Made by a program: the position numbers and the translations under genes. From assembly GCF_036321535.1 (NCBI RefSeq), contig NC_087436.1:63180001-63244000 (forward strand): a DNA stretch of 64,000 nucleotides. Reading direction: 5' to 3'. Position 1 is the first letter of the stretch. Each line of letters opens with the position of its first letter. This DNA comes from Camelus dromedarius (Eukaryota). This document shows positions 24,901 through 36,769 of this stretch, in pieces. Below the pieces are notes generated by a model. That model saw only the letters and a list, made by a program, of their open reading frames with translations. It was not told the origin of the DNA and did not search any database.

Positions 24901-26459
24901 AAAAAATGTATACACATAAAAGAAAGTGCTATAAAAGAATAAGTTTTCAATTGTCATGAAGAACATGACTTGAGAAAACATCAAATTTAATTGTGAACAA
25001 CCATTAAGTAAAAATATTTTTTAATCCATTAAAAATTTTCTGGACCTTAGATTTAAAAAACTTTTTCCCCAAGATCTATAGATATTTATTTGTTGGCCTG
25101 TAAGTCACATATATGGGTATTTCTGTAGAAAAGTAAATTCATAAAGTGAAAATTAATCTTATTTTTGTCTAGGGAAACTTCTGCATAATTTATAAAATGA
25201 GAATATCATAAACAATAGATAAAAATAAATACCTATTAAATAGGTATTTTTTTTTTGTAAAGTGAATTGAGAAAAGTAGTTAACTTTTAGAATCAACTTT
25301 GCTAATTAAATAGTGTTACCTAATGTTATTTCCATTCTTATTTGATGGACAAGTAACAGGATATATTTGACTTTAAAAATTAAGGATTTCAGGTTTCTAC
25401 AGTATGCTTGATGGTTATATAGCAAGTATTTCAGAGTTAATAGTGTAGCATAACCAATATTATAAAAATTTTCTCAGGCTTATAATATATAATGTTAATA
25501 ATGATAAATGAAATATTCTGAAGATATCCATTTGTCAAAATTAACACTGGATTTATTATTTTTCTATGAATATTATCTTAATATTTTATCTAATCTTCTC
25601 TATACATAAAATCCCTTGGAAATAAAACTAAAGCACATGCTTATATAAATGTTATATTGAAGTGAAAATACATACAACGCTTAGATTCAAAAGCACATTC
25701 ACAACTAAAATTGATAATAGGAATTAAAGTTATTTTAACTGCACCTTGGAAAAATAACCGTACCTCACATAATATAAAATAATTTTTTGACTAGTTTTTC
25801 AGGTGTCTCTTTTGGTCGGTCACTTCTAAGATTCTGCATAATGTTTACAAAACATTCAACAATTTAGAGTTAAATTAGATCTATTAGCTAAAATTAGTAG
25901 AGAAATAGAGAAAATCATAGAAGGGCAATTTAATAAAAACAAAAACTGAATTTCTGAAATATAAAGTCTTCTTCAAAATACTTCTCTACTCAATACTATA
26001 GAAGTATAATATTTAATTTAGTTAATAGTTAACTATCAAGATGCTGTGTTGATACTAAGACCAAATCAGATTCATCATTCTTCATTCCCCATGAGTTTTG
26101 CTATGGAAATTCTTGATCCTGAGAGGTTGTTTCAATGTATTTGTCGAAAGGTTAAATTAACGATACCATGTTATAACAAAGCTTTGACAGCTAAATTGGT
26201 TTAACAGCAACATACAAAGATGACTACTGAAAGTAGCTTTAAGAGGAATAATAATAACCCAATAAAAGAGGTGTGTTATTCTGATCGTTTACTATAAGGA
26301 GGGTTCAAACTATGCCTATTGTACTTTTTCCTATTGCATTGTTCCTTCTCAAAACTGGGGTAGGATAAATACTGTCTTCGAAGTATGTCTTTTAAAATAA
26401 CCAGTATAGTGACCTTTCCATTCTCCTGATATGATGGGGTAATTCCTTAGATTATAAAC

Positions 26460-26520
26460 ATACACATGTGTATATATATATATATATATATGTATGTATA
26501 TATGTGTGTATATATTCATA
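26460..26520. repeat. (TA)n/(TG)n compound microsatellite
   Basis: Seen directly. Confidence 0.9.
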
Positions 26521-27744
26521 TCTTTAGAAAGAAAAATAGTTATAAAGAAACCATGTATTTTCATGTTATAGTCAGCTAAGTGAGTCTTAAAAAGTGTCTC
26601 GTAATGAATGTTCCCATAAGTTTACATGATTTTAGAAAAGGCATATGATTATGAGCAAGCCAGGTTTTCACATTCAACAATGCCTTTTATCACGTTTTGA
26701 GTATAAAGTGAAAAGTCATTAACATTCTCTTCTTATTTTAGTCTGTTAAGGCCTGAAAAGATATATATAGACCGTTTCTGTATGTTTGTGTGTGAGAGCA
26801 TGTGTAATTAATTTTCATGTACTCAATAACTTAAATGTTTCCCCATATAGATTCCCTGATATGAAAATTCAATCCTGTAAAATTCAGTCCAGTTCATTTG
26901 CTTTTACATGATCAGGCACTACTTTATTTCTTCATTCCTTCCTAATTACTATATTATTTTCAATATTTAGATTAAGTAAGGATATATTTATGGTAGGATG
27001 TTTGGGGACAGTTTGAATTTGAAGTTAATTTTAAGACAATTCATCATCACCAGTTTTCAAGACTATTTTTCTATATTCACATAATAGTGTTGATTAGATA
27101 AAAGGAAACCAGGAGGCATAACCAATCTTAAAGCAACAAGATCAATAAAGACTGATGGTCTTATTTCACTTAACAAAATGGGATTTCATGCACAATGGAC
27201 CCATTAATTCATTTCCTATAGAAAGCCTCTGGTCTACTACCTTTTGAAGACAATATAAGCATTATCCTTTTTGTATATATGGACAGAATATATGCAAACA
27301 TACTCTACTTAAAAATCAATGCTTTAAACGCTAAACATACTCTATATATTTTTCTACTATATGTTATAAATATATTTGAAATATTTTAAACATTCATAAT
27401 TCGTCTTGTTGTTGTTGTTGCTGTTTGGTTGGTTTTATTATTATTCTTTTAACATTTTTTATTGAGTAATAGTCATTCTACAATGTTGTGTCAAATTCCA
27501 GCATAGAGCACAATTTTTCAGTTATACATGAACATATATATATTCATTGTCACATTTTTTTTTCGCTGTGAGCTAACCACAAGATCTTGTATATATTTCC
27601 CTGTGCTATATAGTATAAGCTTGTTTATTCTACATTTTAAATCCCAGTCTGTCCCTTCCTACCCCCTCGCCCCCTTGGCAAACACAAGTTTGTATTCTAT
27701 GTCTATGAGTCTGTTTCTGTTTTGTTATTTATGTTCTTTTTTTT

Positions 27745-28113
27745 TTACATTCCACATATGAATGATCTCAAATGGTATTTTTCTTTCTCTTTCTGGCTTA
27801 CTTCACTTAGGATGACATTCTCCAGGAGCATCCATGTTGCTGCAAATGGCGTTATGTTGTCAGTTTTTGTGGCTGAATAGTATTCCATCATATAAATATA
27901 CCACTGCTTCTCAATCCAGCCATCTGTTGATGGACATTTAGGCTGTTTCCATGTCTTGGCTATTGTAAATAGTGCTGCTATGAACATTGGGGTGCAGGTG
28001 TCATTTGGAAGTAGGGTTCCTTCTGGATATATGCCCAGGAGCAGGATTCCTGGGTCATATGGTAAGTCTATTCCTAGTCTTTTGAGGAATCTCCATACTG
28101 TTTTCCACAGAGG
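27745..28113 (-). pseudogene. L1 ORF2 C-terminal remnant (~120 codons, no endonuclease or RT)
   Basis: [29 protein letters not shown]...[28 protein letters not shown]...FAATWMLLENVILSEVSQ is the classic L1 ORF2p C-terminus. Confidence 0.95.
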
Positions 28114-28256
28114 CTTTCCTTGCTTCCCTCTCCCACTCTTAATGATTTAGATGTCTTCTTTTACAATTTTGTATTTATTCTTTTTGTAATTCATGGCAGT
28201 TATCTCCTTTCCAGTTATGAGTTTCTCATTTTTGTAGCATCCTGCTTCTTTTCTAT

Positions 28257-29156
28257 TTAGAGTAGACCTGTCAATATTTCTTTTAGCATGGGTTTAGTGT
28301 TGCTAAACTCTTTTAGTTTTTGCTTGTCTGTAAAGTTCTTTCTCTCTCCTTCTATTCTAAAGGATAGCCTTGCTGGATAGAGTATCCTAAGCTGCATCTT
28401 TTTTTCATTCAGGACTTTGAATATATCTTGCCACTCCCTTCTGGCCTGTAGTGTTTGTGTAGAGAAATCAGCTGAGAGCCTTACGGGGGTACCCTTGTAA
28501 CTCACTCTTTGTTTTTCTCTTGCTGCCTTTGGGATCAGTTCTTTATCCTTGACTCTGGCCATCTTGATGATGATATGTCTTGGTGTGGGTCTGTTTGGGT
28601 TCTTCCTGTTTGGGACCCTCTGAGCCTCCTGTACTTGGATATCTGATTCCTTCTTCAGGTTTGGGAAGTTTTCAGACATGATTTCTTCAAATACCTTTTC
28701 AATCCCCTTTGTTCTTTCTTCCCCTTCTGGAATCCCTATTATGTGTAGATTGGCATGCTTTATATTATCCCGTAGGCCCCTTATATTGTTTTCATAGTTT
28801 TTTATTTGTTTTTCTTTCAGCTATTCTGATTGGGTGCTTTCTGTTGTCCTGTCTTCCAGGTCACTTATTCGTTCCTCTGCATGATCTAGCCTGCTTTTGT
28901 ACAGCCTTTAGGCAGCTCTCATCTCAGCAAATGAGTTTACTAATTCTTGGTTCTTCTTTATAGCTTCTATTTCTTTTTTGACATATTTTATATCTCTAAA
29001 CACTATTTCTTTTAGTTCCTTCAGTACTTTGATCACTCCTTTTTTGAAATCTTGATCTAGCAGGCTATCAATGTCTATTTTCTTGATCGTGCTTTCAAGG
29101 GATTTCTCTTGATCTTTTAATTGGAAGTGGTTCCTCTACTTCTTCATATTGCTCAT
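28257..29156 (-). pseudogene. L1 ORF1 (RNA-binding chaperone), disrupted by stops and frameshift in the N-terminal half
   Basis: Starts MSNMKK*RNHFQLKDQEK; the C-terminal 140 aa are open (ENFPNL...QEAQRVP...PRHIIIKM...RLSADFS...ARREW...LYPARLSF). Confidence 0.93.
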
Positions 29157-30363
29157 ATCTCTCTGGCACTGTGAAGCTTGAGGAGTATCAGTTATCTATT
29201 GTGGTCCTTAAGGAGTTTATTTATCTATCTAAAGCCTATGCAGGAATAAAACCGGTGGGTGGGCAGGTCAATCCCCCTCCTGATGCCACAGTCAGATGCT
29301 GCGCTCGGGCGAGGCAGGTGGTGAACCCCCTCCCAGCACCGTGTTCAGGTGCTGCGTTCCTGCCAGGAAGGCGTTTTGCTGCCCACCCTCTCACAGCAGC
29401 TGGTCAGTCTGCTGCTCTGTGCAGCTGCCTGCTCCACCTCAGGTCCACACTCTGTAGGCGGGCTCAGGGAAGACCACGGAACAGCCCCACCCCTGCTCCA
29501 TGCCAAATCTCAGCTCATGGTTGTCTTGGCAGCACGAGTTCTCTGAGGTGCCAGGGCAGAAAGATCCTATCTGCCTCGGGCTATAAACAAGTCAGTCCTG
29601 CCTAGGAGGTTGCGGAGCCCTCCGTTGTGGATTCAGGTCTCGGCCCTGCCCCAACCTGGGCGCTGCGCACATGAGGAGATGGTGGCTGTGGCTGCACCCC
29701 ACCTCTCTTCTTGTGAGAAGCTCTAGTAATGGTGCCACGGTTCTGAGGAGACAAAGGCTACAGTGCCCCTCCCTTCAGGGCACACCAGCCATATTGCTTT
29801 GCTTTCTTTGCAATTTATGGGGGACCGAGGTTGTTCTGCTCTGTATCCCTTCCCAGCCATGGTGCACAGCACCCTGCAATCCCCCAGGGATGCCTCAGTG
29901 CAGCCGCCCCAGTCCTCTGTCTGCCCGGACGGCCTATCCCGGCTCCAGGCTGTCAGCTCGCATCTTGGGCTGGGTGTCATGGGGACCCTTTGTGCCCATT
30001 TAACTTAGTTCTGTCAGTCAAGGGCTGCTCGGGGCAGATCTGAGCCTCAGAGGCTCCCCCTCCATCCCGCTGGCCTCTCCATTGGAGGGGGGGAGACCCA
30101 GACCCAGTGAACGAGTGCTATTCCTCCTTTGCAGCTCCCTCCCCGCAGGACCAGTCCCACATTGTTTTGCTTTTTCTTCTTTCTTTTTTCCTTTTCTCCT
30201 ACCCTATTTTTGGTGTCTTTGTCTTTGGAAGAGGGCAATGTTCTGTCAGAGTTCCGCAGGTGCTCTGGTTGCCTGAGTGGATCCATAGATTTGAGTTTTA
30301 GTGTATTTGTGGGAGAGGGTGAGCTACGAGCATCCTTCTATTCCGCCATCTTGCTTCTCTCCC
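29157..30363 (-). promoter_or_regulatory. L1 5'UTR internal promoter, GC-rich, with YY1 motif near the 5' end
   Basis: ccgccatcttg at 30343-30353 (CAAGATGGCGG on minus), positioned as in mammalian L1 promoters. Confidence 0.8.
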
Positions 30364-30899
30364 CATAATTCGTCTTAATTCCTGTCAGTTTCAATATCCC
30401 TCTAAAATATCATGTATTTAATATCATTATCATGTAATAGTATTATTAAATATATAATAAATCAAGAAATAAATAAGCCAAGAAGTACTAATGTTGATGG
30501 ATTGTTAAAAACAAAAATACTATAGTACTATGAATAAATCTGTATACCGATATCATGTAATACAATCAGCTCATGTCAGACAAAATAATAGAACAGCGGT
30601 GATTCTTAAATGATTAAACAGTATTACACCCTCCTCCTGTAGGAGAGGTAGAAGTTGAAAGCACTGCCTAGGAAATAATCATGACAATCAACATATTTAT
30701 CAGATATACATCTTCATCAGCTACTCTAAGAAATCCAAGGAATTTAAACTATCCTTGTATTCTCAAAGTATCAAAAGGATGACAAGTAGACAGAAATAAG
30801 TCAATTCAGGGAATTCAGATCCAGAGCACACAGGTTAAAAAAAATTCACAATGAAGAAAATTAAAATATCCTATTATCTGATTCTTCCTTCCTCCATTC

Positions 30900-31250
30900 C
30901 CTCTCTCTCCTCCCTTCTTCCTTTCTATTTATTATTTAAATTATGTACTGAATCTACTCCCAGCCAAGTGTTGGGAATAAAAAAACAAGAAGGCATGATC
31001 CTACTCCTATGGAGAGTATATTCTATTGGTACATAGAAATGTCAATGGACAAATATATAATCTTTAGTAAGTGCTATGACCAAGCTATTACAATGTAATA
31101 AGGAAAACTATGTAGGCAGTTTAATTTAGATTTTTGAGGCCAGGGAACACTTCTTGAATGAAAACAAGACAATAGACGAGAATTGAAAAACCTGGTAAAT
31201 AGAGGAAATAGTATTCCAGACACAGAAAATAGTATGAACACAGGCTTAAC
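30900..31250 (-). mobile_element. LINE-2 3' fragment
   Basis: tactgaatctactcccagccaagtgttggga...catgatcctactcctatggag...taagtgctatga...tattccagacacagaaaatag are antisense L2 motifs. Confidence 0.7.
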
Positions 31251-31639
31251 TTCAAGGGCTAATTCTCTTAATATGCAATAGAAGCTTTTAAGTATATACT
31301 ATAATGCTATCAAACTTCACTTAAAATTATAGCTTGAATATTCTCACATTTTATAAGCATGCCCCTGCCATATTAAATAACTGCATATTGATCACAATAA
31401 TTACAGTAGTGATTCACCCTGAGTTTTTAATATGTGCTCAGTTGTTCTATATGCTTTAATACCCATATCTTTGACTTAAATTTGAGTATAACCTCATTTT
31501 CTAGATGTATCTTTATTAATAAAATAATTAATATTAATAAAAAGTTAAATGTGTGCATTGTTGGTCCATTACCTATTTATGAATACTCTATTTTTTATTT
31601 TAGAAATATTAAATCTTTGTAGAATATTTTACAAATTTT

Positions 31640-32300
31640 TTTTTAATTATCACTGAAATTACCAAAATTCAGTGAACTCTGAAAAGTGCCTGAAACACAA
31701 ATGGAAAACTAGATTGACAAAATCTCCAGGAAAAAAAAAGAAGGAATAAAGAAAAATAAAAGACAAGAGATATGAAATAAAGAATTAGCATCAATACATG
31801 AATAATAAAAGGGAAAAGTTAAAATGGGAAGGCTAAGCTATTTTATAAAAAGGGATAATTAGGCAGCGACATTAGGCTGAAATTACCTTTGGCTTGCCAA
31901 ACAAATGATACTAAGAAAACCTTCTGCCTCAAAACATCATAATGTAATGCAAAAATATCAATAAAAGAAAAAATTATGAAAGTTTCCAGAAGTGAATAAT
32001 AGACCATTAAGAATAAGAATCAGGTGACATTAAATTTCTCAATTGCAATCCTGAATGAAACACAGTAAGTTGTTGTTTTTAAAGTATTAACCGATAAGAA
32101 CTTTCAAATTAGATATAAACACATTGGCATTCAATTTAAACAACAAAAAAGATCTCAAAAACACAAGACTTTCAGCATACATGCCAAAGCCAAATTTGGA
32201 AAAAAAAATTCTTTTGAATGAAGTACACAAAAAGAAACAAATTCAGAAAATTCTGTAAAAAATACGTTAAGCAAGGGCAGTACAATACTTTCATACATCT
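31640..32300 (+). mobile_element. Very decayed L1/HAL1 ORF1-like region
   Basis: A-rich; aaaaattatgaaagtttccaga...aagaatcaggtgacattaaatttctcaattgcaatcctg resembles ORF1 C-terminal DNA. Confidence 0.45.
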
Positions 32301-32741
32301 CTCCTTTAAAAAAAAAAAACCTTAATAACAAAAATTTACAAAAGAGGGAAACAGAATTAAAAAAGAAAGTATAGCCATAATCTAATACAATTCTATAATA
32401 CTATACAATACGAACATTGTAAGTTTGGGTTGGTAGAATACATTTGGTCGGGGTATTGCAAGGGAAGGCAGGGGGTTTGCAGTCATACAGAAGTGTATCT
32501 ACATGTATGTATGTATTTACTACCATTAGCTGTGTGACCTTAAAGTAGGCCAAGGAGGGATTTCAATAGAAAGAAGTCATAAATCTTCTCTAGCTGATGC
32601 TCAGTTCCAGCCCACACCTGACTTGAGTGATGAAGCTTTTTCAATGATATTAAAAATTCAGGATTTTTTTATATAAGGTCTCCTCATTTTTACACCCGGA
32701 TAACTAATATATTTGATTAATACTGAATACGCCAAAAGAAA

Positions 32742-33335
32742 CATAGTTTGGGCTAGATTCAATAGCTTTGAGGCTCTACTCCACTATAAGATTGCTTCTT
32801 AGCTCTAAATATTACATGGAACAAGAAGAACTCAAAAGATGTAGTCATAAAGCAATATTATTATTTTTCCCCTTCCGCATCTGCTCAGATGTATTTAGTA
32901 GGTTCATACTTACTCTAAATTTGAATAAAATCTGAGAATGGTGTCTTAACCTTTCCTGTCATTCTCTGATAATAAAAGTACTACAGACACTACAGTCCCT
33001 ACTAAAGTGGTCCTGCAAAAATAACCTACACTGTGTATCTCATGTAAAATTGAGTATTTTTTCTCTTCTCTCATTTTGCCTGGCTTATCTAAACTGCTTC
33101 TAAAATCTTCAAGGGACATAATGTTTGCAAAATCTGCCACAATAGTTTCCCTCCTTGTTTCCCGTTCCCTCCTAGACCGTAGGCTTATCCTTCTGAACTG
33201 CTTTAAGCAACAGGACAGTATGCTATGGCTACATCTTTTGAGTTCTTGTTCCACATAATGTTGCTAATTAATTGCTAAGAAGCAATCTTATAGTGGAGTA
33301 GAACCTCAAAACTATTGGATCTAGCCCAAACTATG
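32742..33335. repeat. Inverted repeat: arms 32742-32849 and 33224-33335, spacer ~374 bp
   Basis: The outer 62 bp of arm 1 (catagtttgggctagattcaatagctttgaggctctactccactataagattgcttcttagc) match the reverse complement of arm 2 with 3 mismatches; the inner part (ggaacaagaa..ctcaaaagatgtag.cata) also matches with small indels. Confidence 0.95.
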
Positions 33336-33339
33336 CAAA

Positions 33340-33689
33340 ACAGACTTAAAAGTATTTGTGCATTGAGCCTTAGCCTCTCTTGGCTGTATGTGGGAACACT
33401 GTGACCATCTCCATGTGAATGTGTCAGGAAGAGCATGCTGGATAAAGAGAGATATGTGGCCAAGTAATCTCATTTGTCCTGGCTGACCTCAAGCCAACTG
33501 CCAAACATGTGAGACTGGCCATCCTAGATTATCATCCCAGCCAAGCTGCCAAATGAACCTTAACATTAGCCAAGCCATCTTACACAAGAACAACCACTAA
33601 GTTTACACTTTAAGTCATGAAAAATCAATGTTCGTTGCTTGAACTCACTAAGTTCTAGGGTGGTTACACAGCAAGAGCTTACTGATACA
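33340..33689 (+). mobile_element. MaLR LTR (MLT1H/I-like), apparently 5'-truncated
   Basis: gccaaacatgtgagactggccatcctagatt; ends in cactaagttctaggggtggttacacagcaagagcttactgataca. Confidence 0.75.
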
Positions 33690-34849
33690 TTTCAGAATTA
33701 AGATTGTAGTAAAGTGCAAATATAAGAAGCACAAAAGTCCTTACTTTGGCAGACACTGAAGGCTTACCCTTTTCCTCCCGCTTCCTTTGGTGGACTCCCT
33801 GATCAATTCCTCCTACTGCAACTATCATGATGTTGGACAGTTTTTCTCCCTGCATTGACCCTCTACCTCTATTGTCGTCTTGTTAATTTTTCTTCATCTG
33901 AAAGTTCATATCCATCTGCATTCTCTGATTTGTTTTGCCTCTGACACAGACTTTTTGACCAGGATCTTTAATATCTTTAACTATTAGTCCAACCATAGAT
34001 TCTAAGACTAGTCCCTGAAAATCATGTACCTTTGCCCAAGTGCATAGAGGTGTGCAATTATTTTCCAAACATGACCAAAGCCAAGCAGCTAGGCAGCTTC
34101 AAGCCACTTCAGCTTACCTTGGAGACTTTTTTTTTTCACAACCACAATTTAAAACCAATTCAATGAGCCCCCAAATTACAGAGGATAAATATAATATCTG
34201 TAAGTAGTTTCTTTAAAGTCCTTTCTTCATCTTGATCTAAGAAGAACTATGTCATTCAAGATAGGGGAATGAAGAACAGTTAGAAACTCTCAAAATAAAT
34301 CCTGCCTCAGTGTTACCACTGCCCTCTCTATTTTCAACCATGTTATACCCTTGATGTGAGGGTAAGAGTTGTCAAAGCAGATTTTGAATATGTTCTTTTC
34401 TCATCCTGCATAGAAAATCTAGCACCTCAATTTATTATCTTGGGATTTCCAAACCTGAAAAAGACACATATTTTAAAATTTGGTTATATCCTGAAAGCTT
34501 ATCCACTAGTTGGCAAAACTACTATCTTTAGGTTTAAACATATGTACCAAACTCAGATCCAAATACGATTTTGAAAATAAAATAATAAGCAATGAGTATA
34601 TAGCTGTCAGAGTCCAATACACAGTTCATAAATACCATTTTAAGATCTCTCGTATGTCTTGCTATAAACTTTTTGGAAAGTTTGACATGATTAAACTTTT
34701 GAAAACAGCTCAGATATTTACAAATTAATAAACATAAGTTTATGTCTGAGATCATAAACTATAACCACAAATAAAATATGCTTTTAAGTTTTTTGCAGTC
34801 ACCTGCAATTACCCTGAAAATGCAGTTACCCTCTTGGAGACAATGTTAT

Positions 34850-34985
34850 CAGGGAGAAAGAGCCTGGCCATTGAGGCCAGGAAGGCCTAGCCTGCATTCT
34901 GGCTCTGTCAGTCATTAACTGTGCCATTTTAGCTGAATCACTTTATGGGATTATCATTAAGATTAAAGGTAACATATAGATTATG
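34850..34985 (+). mobile_element. MIR fragment
   Basis: attctggctctgtcagtcattaactgtg...aagattaaaggtaacata. Confidence 0.55.
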
Positions 34986-36769
34986 TCATACAATTTACGT
35001 TCACCTCTATTATCAAGAAGTAAAATATGGGATGTGAATGAGGCATCTCCAAATCCAAACTTCGAAGCAAGTTTCTCTGAGCTGTGAAAAACCCCCACTG
35101 GAAGGAGTGCTCTGCTGTATAGTCGCTCTGGGATGGGAAGCACACAGGACAAAGATCCTATCCAAGCCCTTATGATGAGACCCCCCAGGTAAGCTGTCCT
35201 GTGATTTGAAGAAAATAGGCCTTTGACTACCAACAGCTGAGGGGGTAGGACAAAGCCTTACCTGTCCCAAGAACTCCATATGAAAGCCATAATCTTAGCC
35301 TCATCATGCTACAGCAAATCTATAACTGCTCTATGTGAGAATAAGCCGTGAAATCCCCATCAGGATGAAACAGCTCATTGACTTCTTTATCATTACACCA
35401 CTGATCTCCGTATTATAGAAAGTATGAGCCACAGAAGGCATTCAGCACGAGGCATTTCTTGAACCATTATCTGGCAGATGAACCCCAAGAAACGTTACTG
35501 TTTAAATTTCCAAAAACTTTCAAACATAACTTAGAACGATACTGATAAAGTAACGACTAGGAAAGTTGGGATTTTAAGTCGACTGAACCGGGAACAATAT
35601 GAGTAAATTTTGTTTTGCGAGTATTTTGATTCAAAGAGTCAGGTATACGTGTAATCTTACTTAGCAGGTAGTTACAGCTGTTAGTGTGGAAATAGGTTTC
35701 TGATTAAATGGATAGGTTTATTATTCATAAATTGGTTTAACTCTTATTTACTTTAGGGTGCCCAGATGCTCTAGCAATACATGACAAAATATATTTTAAA
35801 TGGATAAATACATGAAACCTAATGCAATAAGCTGCATACACAAGAAATAATTAAATTAAACCAGAACAAGTGCTATAGCAGATAAATCAATGCAGGTACA
35901 GCACTTAATCTGTGAGACAAATGGCTGTGGTCAACAGAGTCACAAAGTGCAGAAAGCTACCATAGCAACAACAGGAAATAATTCCCCTGCCATATATCCA
36001 CATAAACAGCAGACTAGCCACTAAAAAGGGCTTTAAAGAATTCCTGCCTACACTGAATTGGGCAGTTGAATACTTGGATGCAACCTCATCGGAATTTCAA
36101 CTTATGAAAATGTTAATTGTACAAAGAATAAGAATGAATTCCTTATACAAAACTAGGTTTGCTGTTACATTCTTAAATGTGAAAGTACTTTGCTATATTT
36201 CATTTTAGTCATCTCCAAGCCAGGAATAATCTTGGCCTGAAAGAAATCTATTGAATAATGATAATCTAATGATAAATATCTGAGCAATATAAAATATAAA
36301 TAATACTTGATTTTTTAGTAACTAAAAATAAATAATTACTGAATCATCTTTAGTAACATACATAAAAAGCTTGTATTTCAGATTCTTTAATAAATTTGGG
36401 TCATTATGTACAATTTCAATGTTTATGGCAGACATTCAGTAATAAAAGCTTGATTTTAAAACCCATACTATTTTTAAACATTCCATTTGATAAATTACTG
36501 TGCTTGTTAGAACTGTGGCTATAGATTTTAATACATTTTTAAGCCTAAATTTGATTTTCCAACTACAGTGGATAATTACTGTTTTAGAACCATGTTCATT
36601 AGTATTTTATGTAAGGAAGTATTCTATCCAGTGATGAATTGAGAGGAACCCTCCACTTTCATGTCTGTTCTAATTTGCATTTTTTAATATAAAATTATGT
36701 ATCATATGACAATCCTAATGGACACTGACTAGTTTGCCAAATAGAATTCTGAAAAAGTCTTATTTTCAT

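Larger units (their letters stand above)
27408..30363 (-). mobile_element. Young lineage-specific L1 with both ends intact and ORF2 largely deleted: 5'UTR, ORF1, spacer, ORF2 C-terminal tip, 3'UTR, A-rich tail
   Basis: 13 bp TSD cataattcgtctt at 27395-27407 and 30364-30376; minus-strand target context TT/AAGA; starts gggagagaagcaagatggcgg; ORF1 and ORF2 C-terminal peptides appear in the ORF track. Confidence 0.96.

Noticed and set aside
25227..25249. 11 bp-arm palindrome aaatacctatt-a-aataggtattt
   Set aside because: Short and AT-rich, isolated, with no functional context.
29171..30368. Cluster of ORFs in the L1 5'UTR (possible ORF0-like antisense ORFs)
   Set aside because: Stop-poor GC-rich sequence gives such ORFs by chance, and I see no similarity to primate ORF0.
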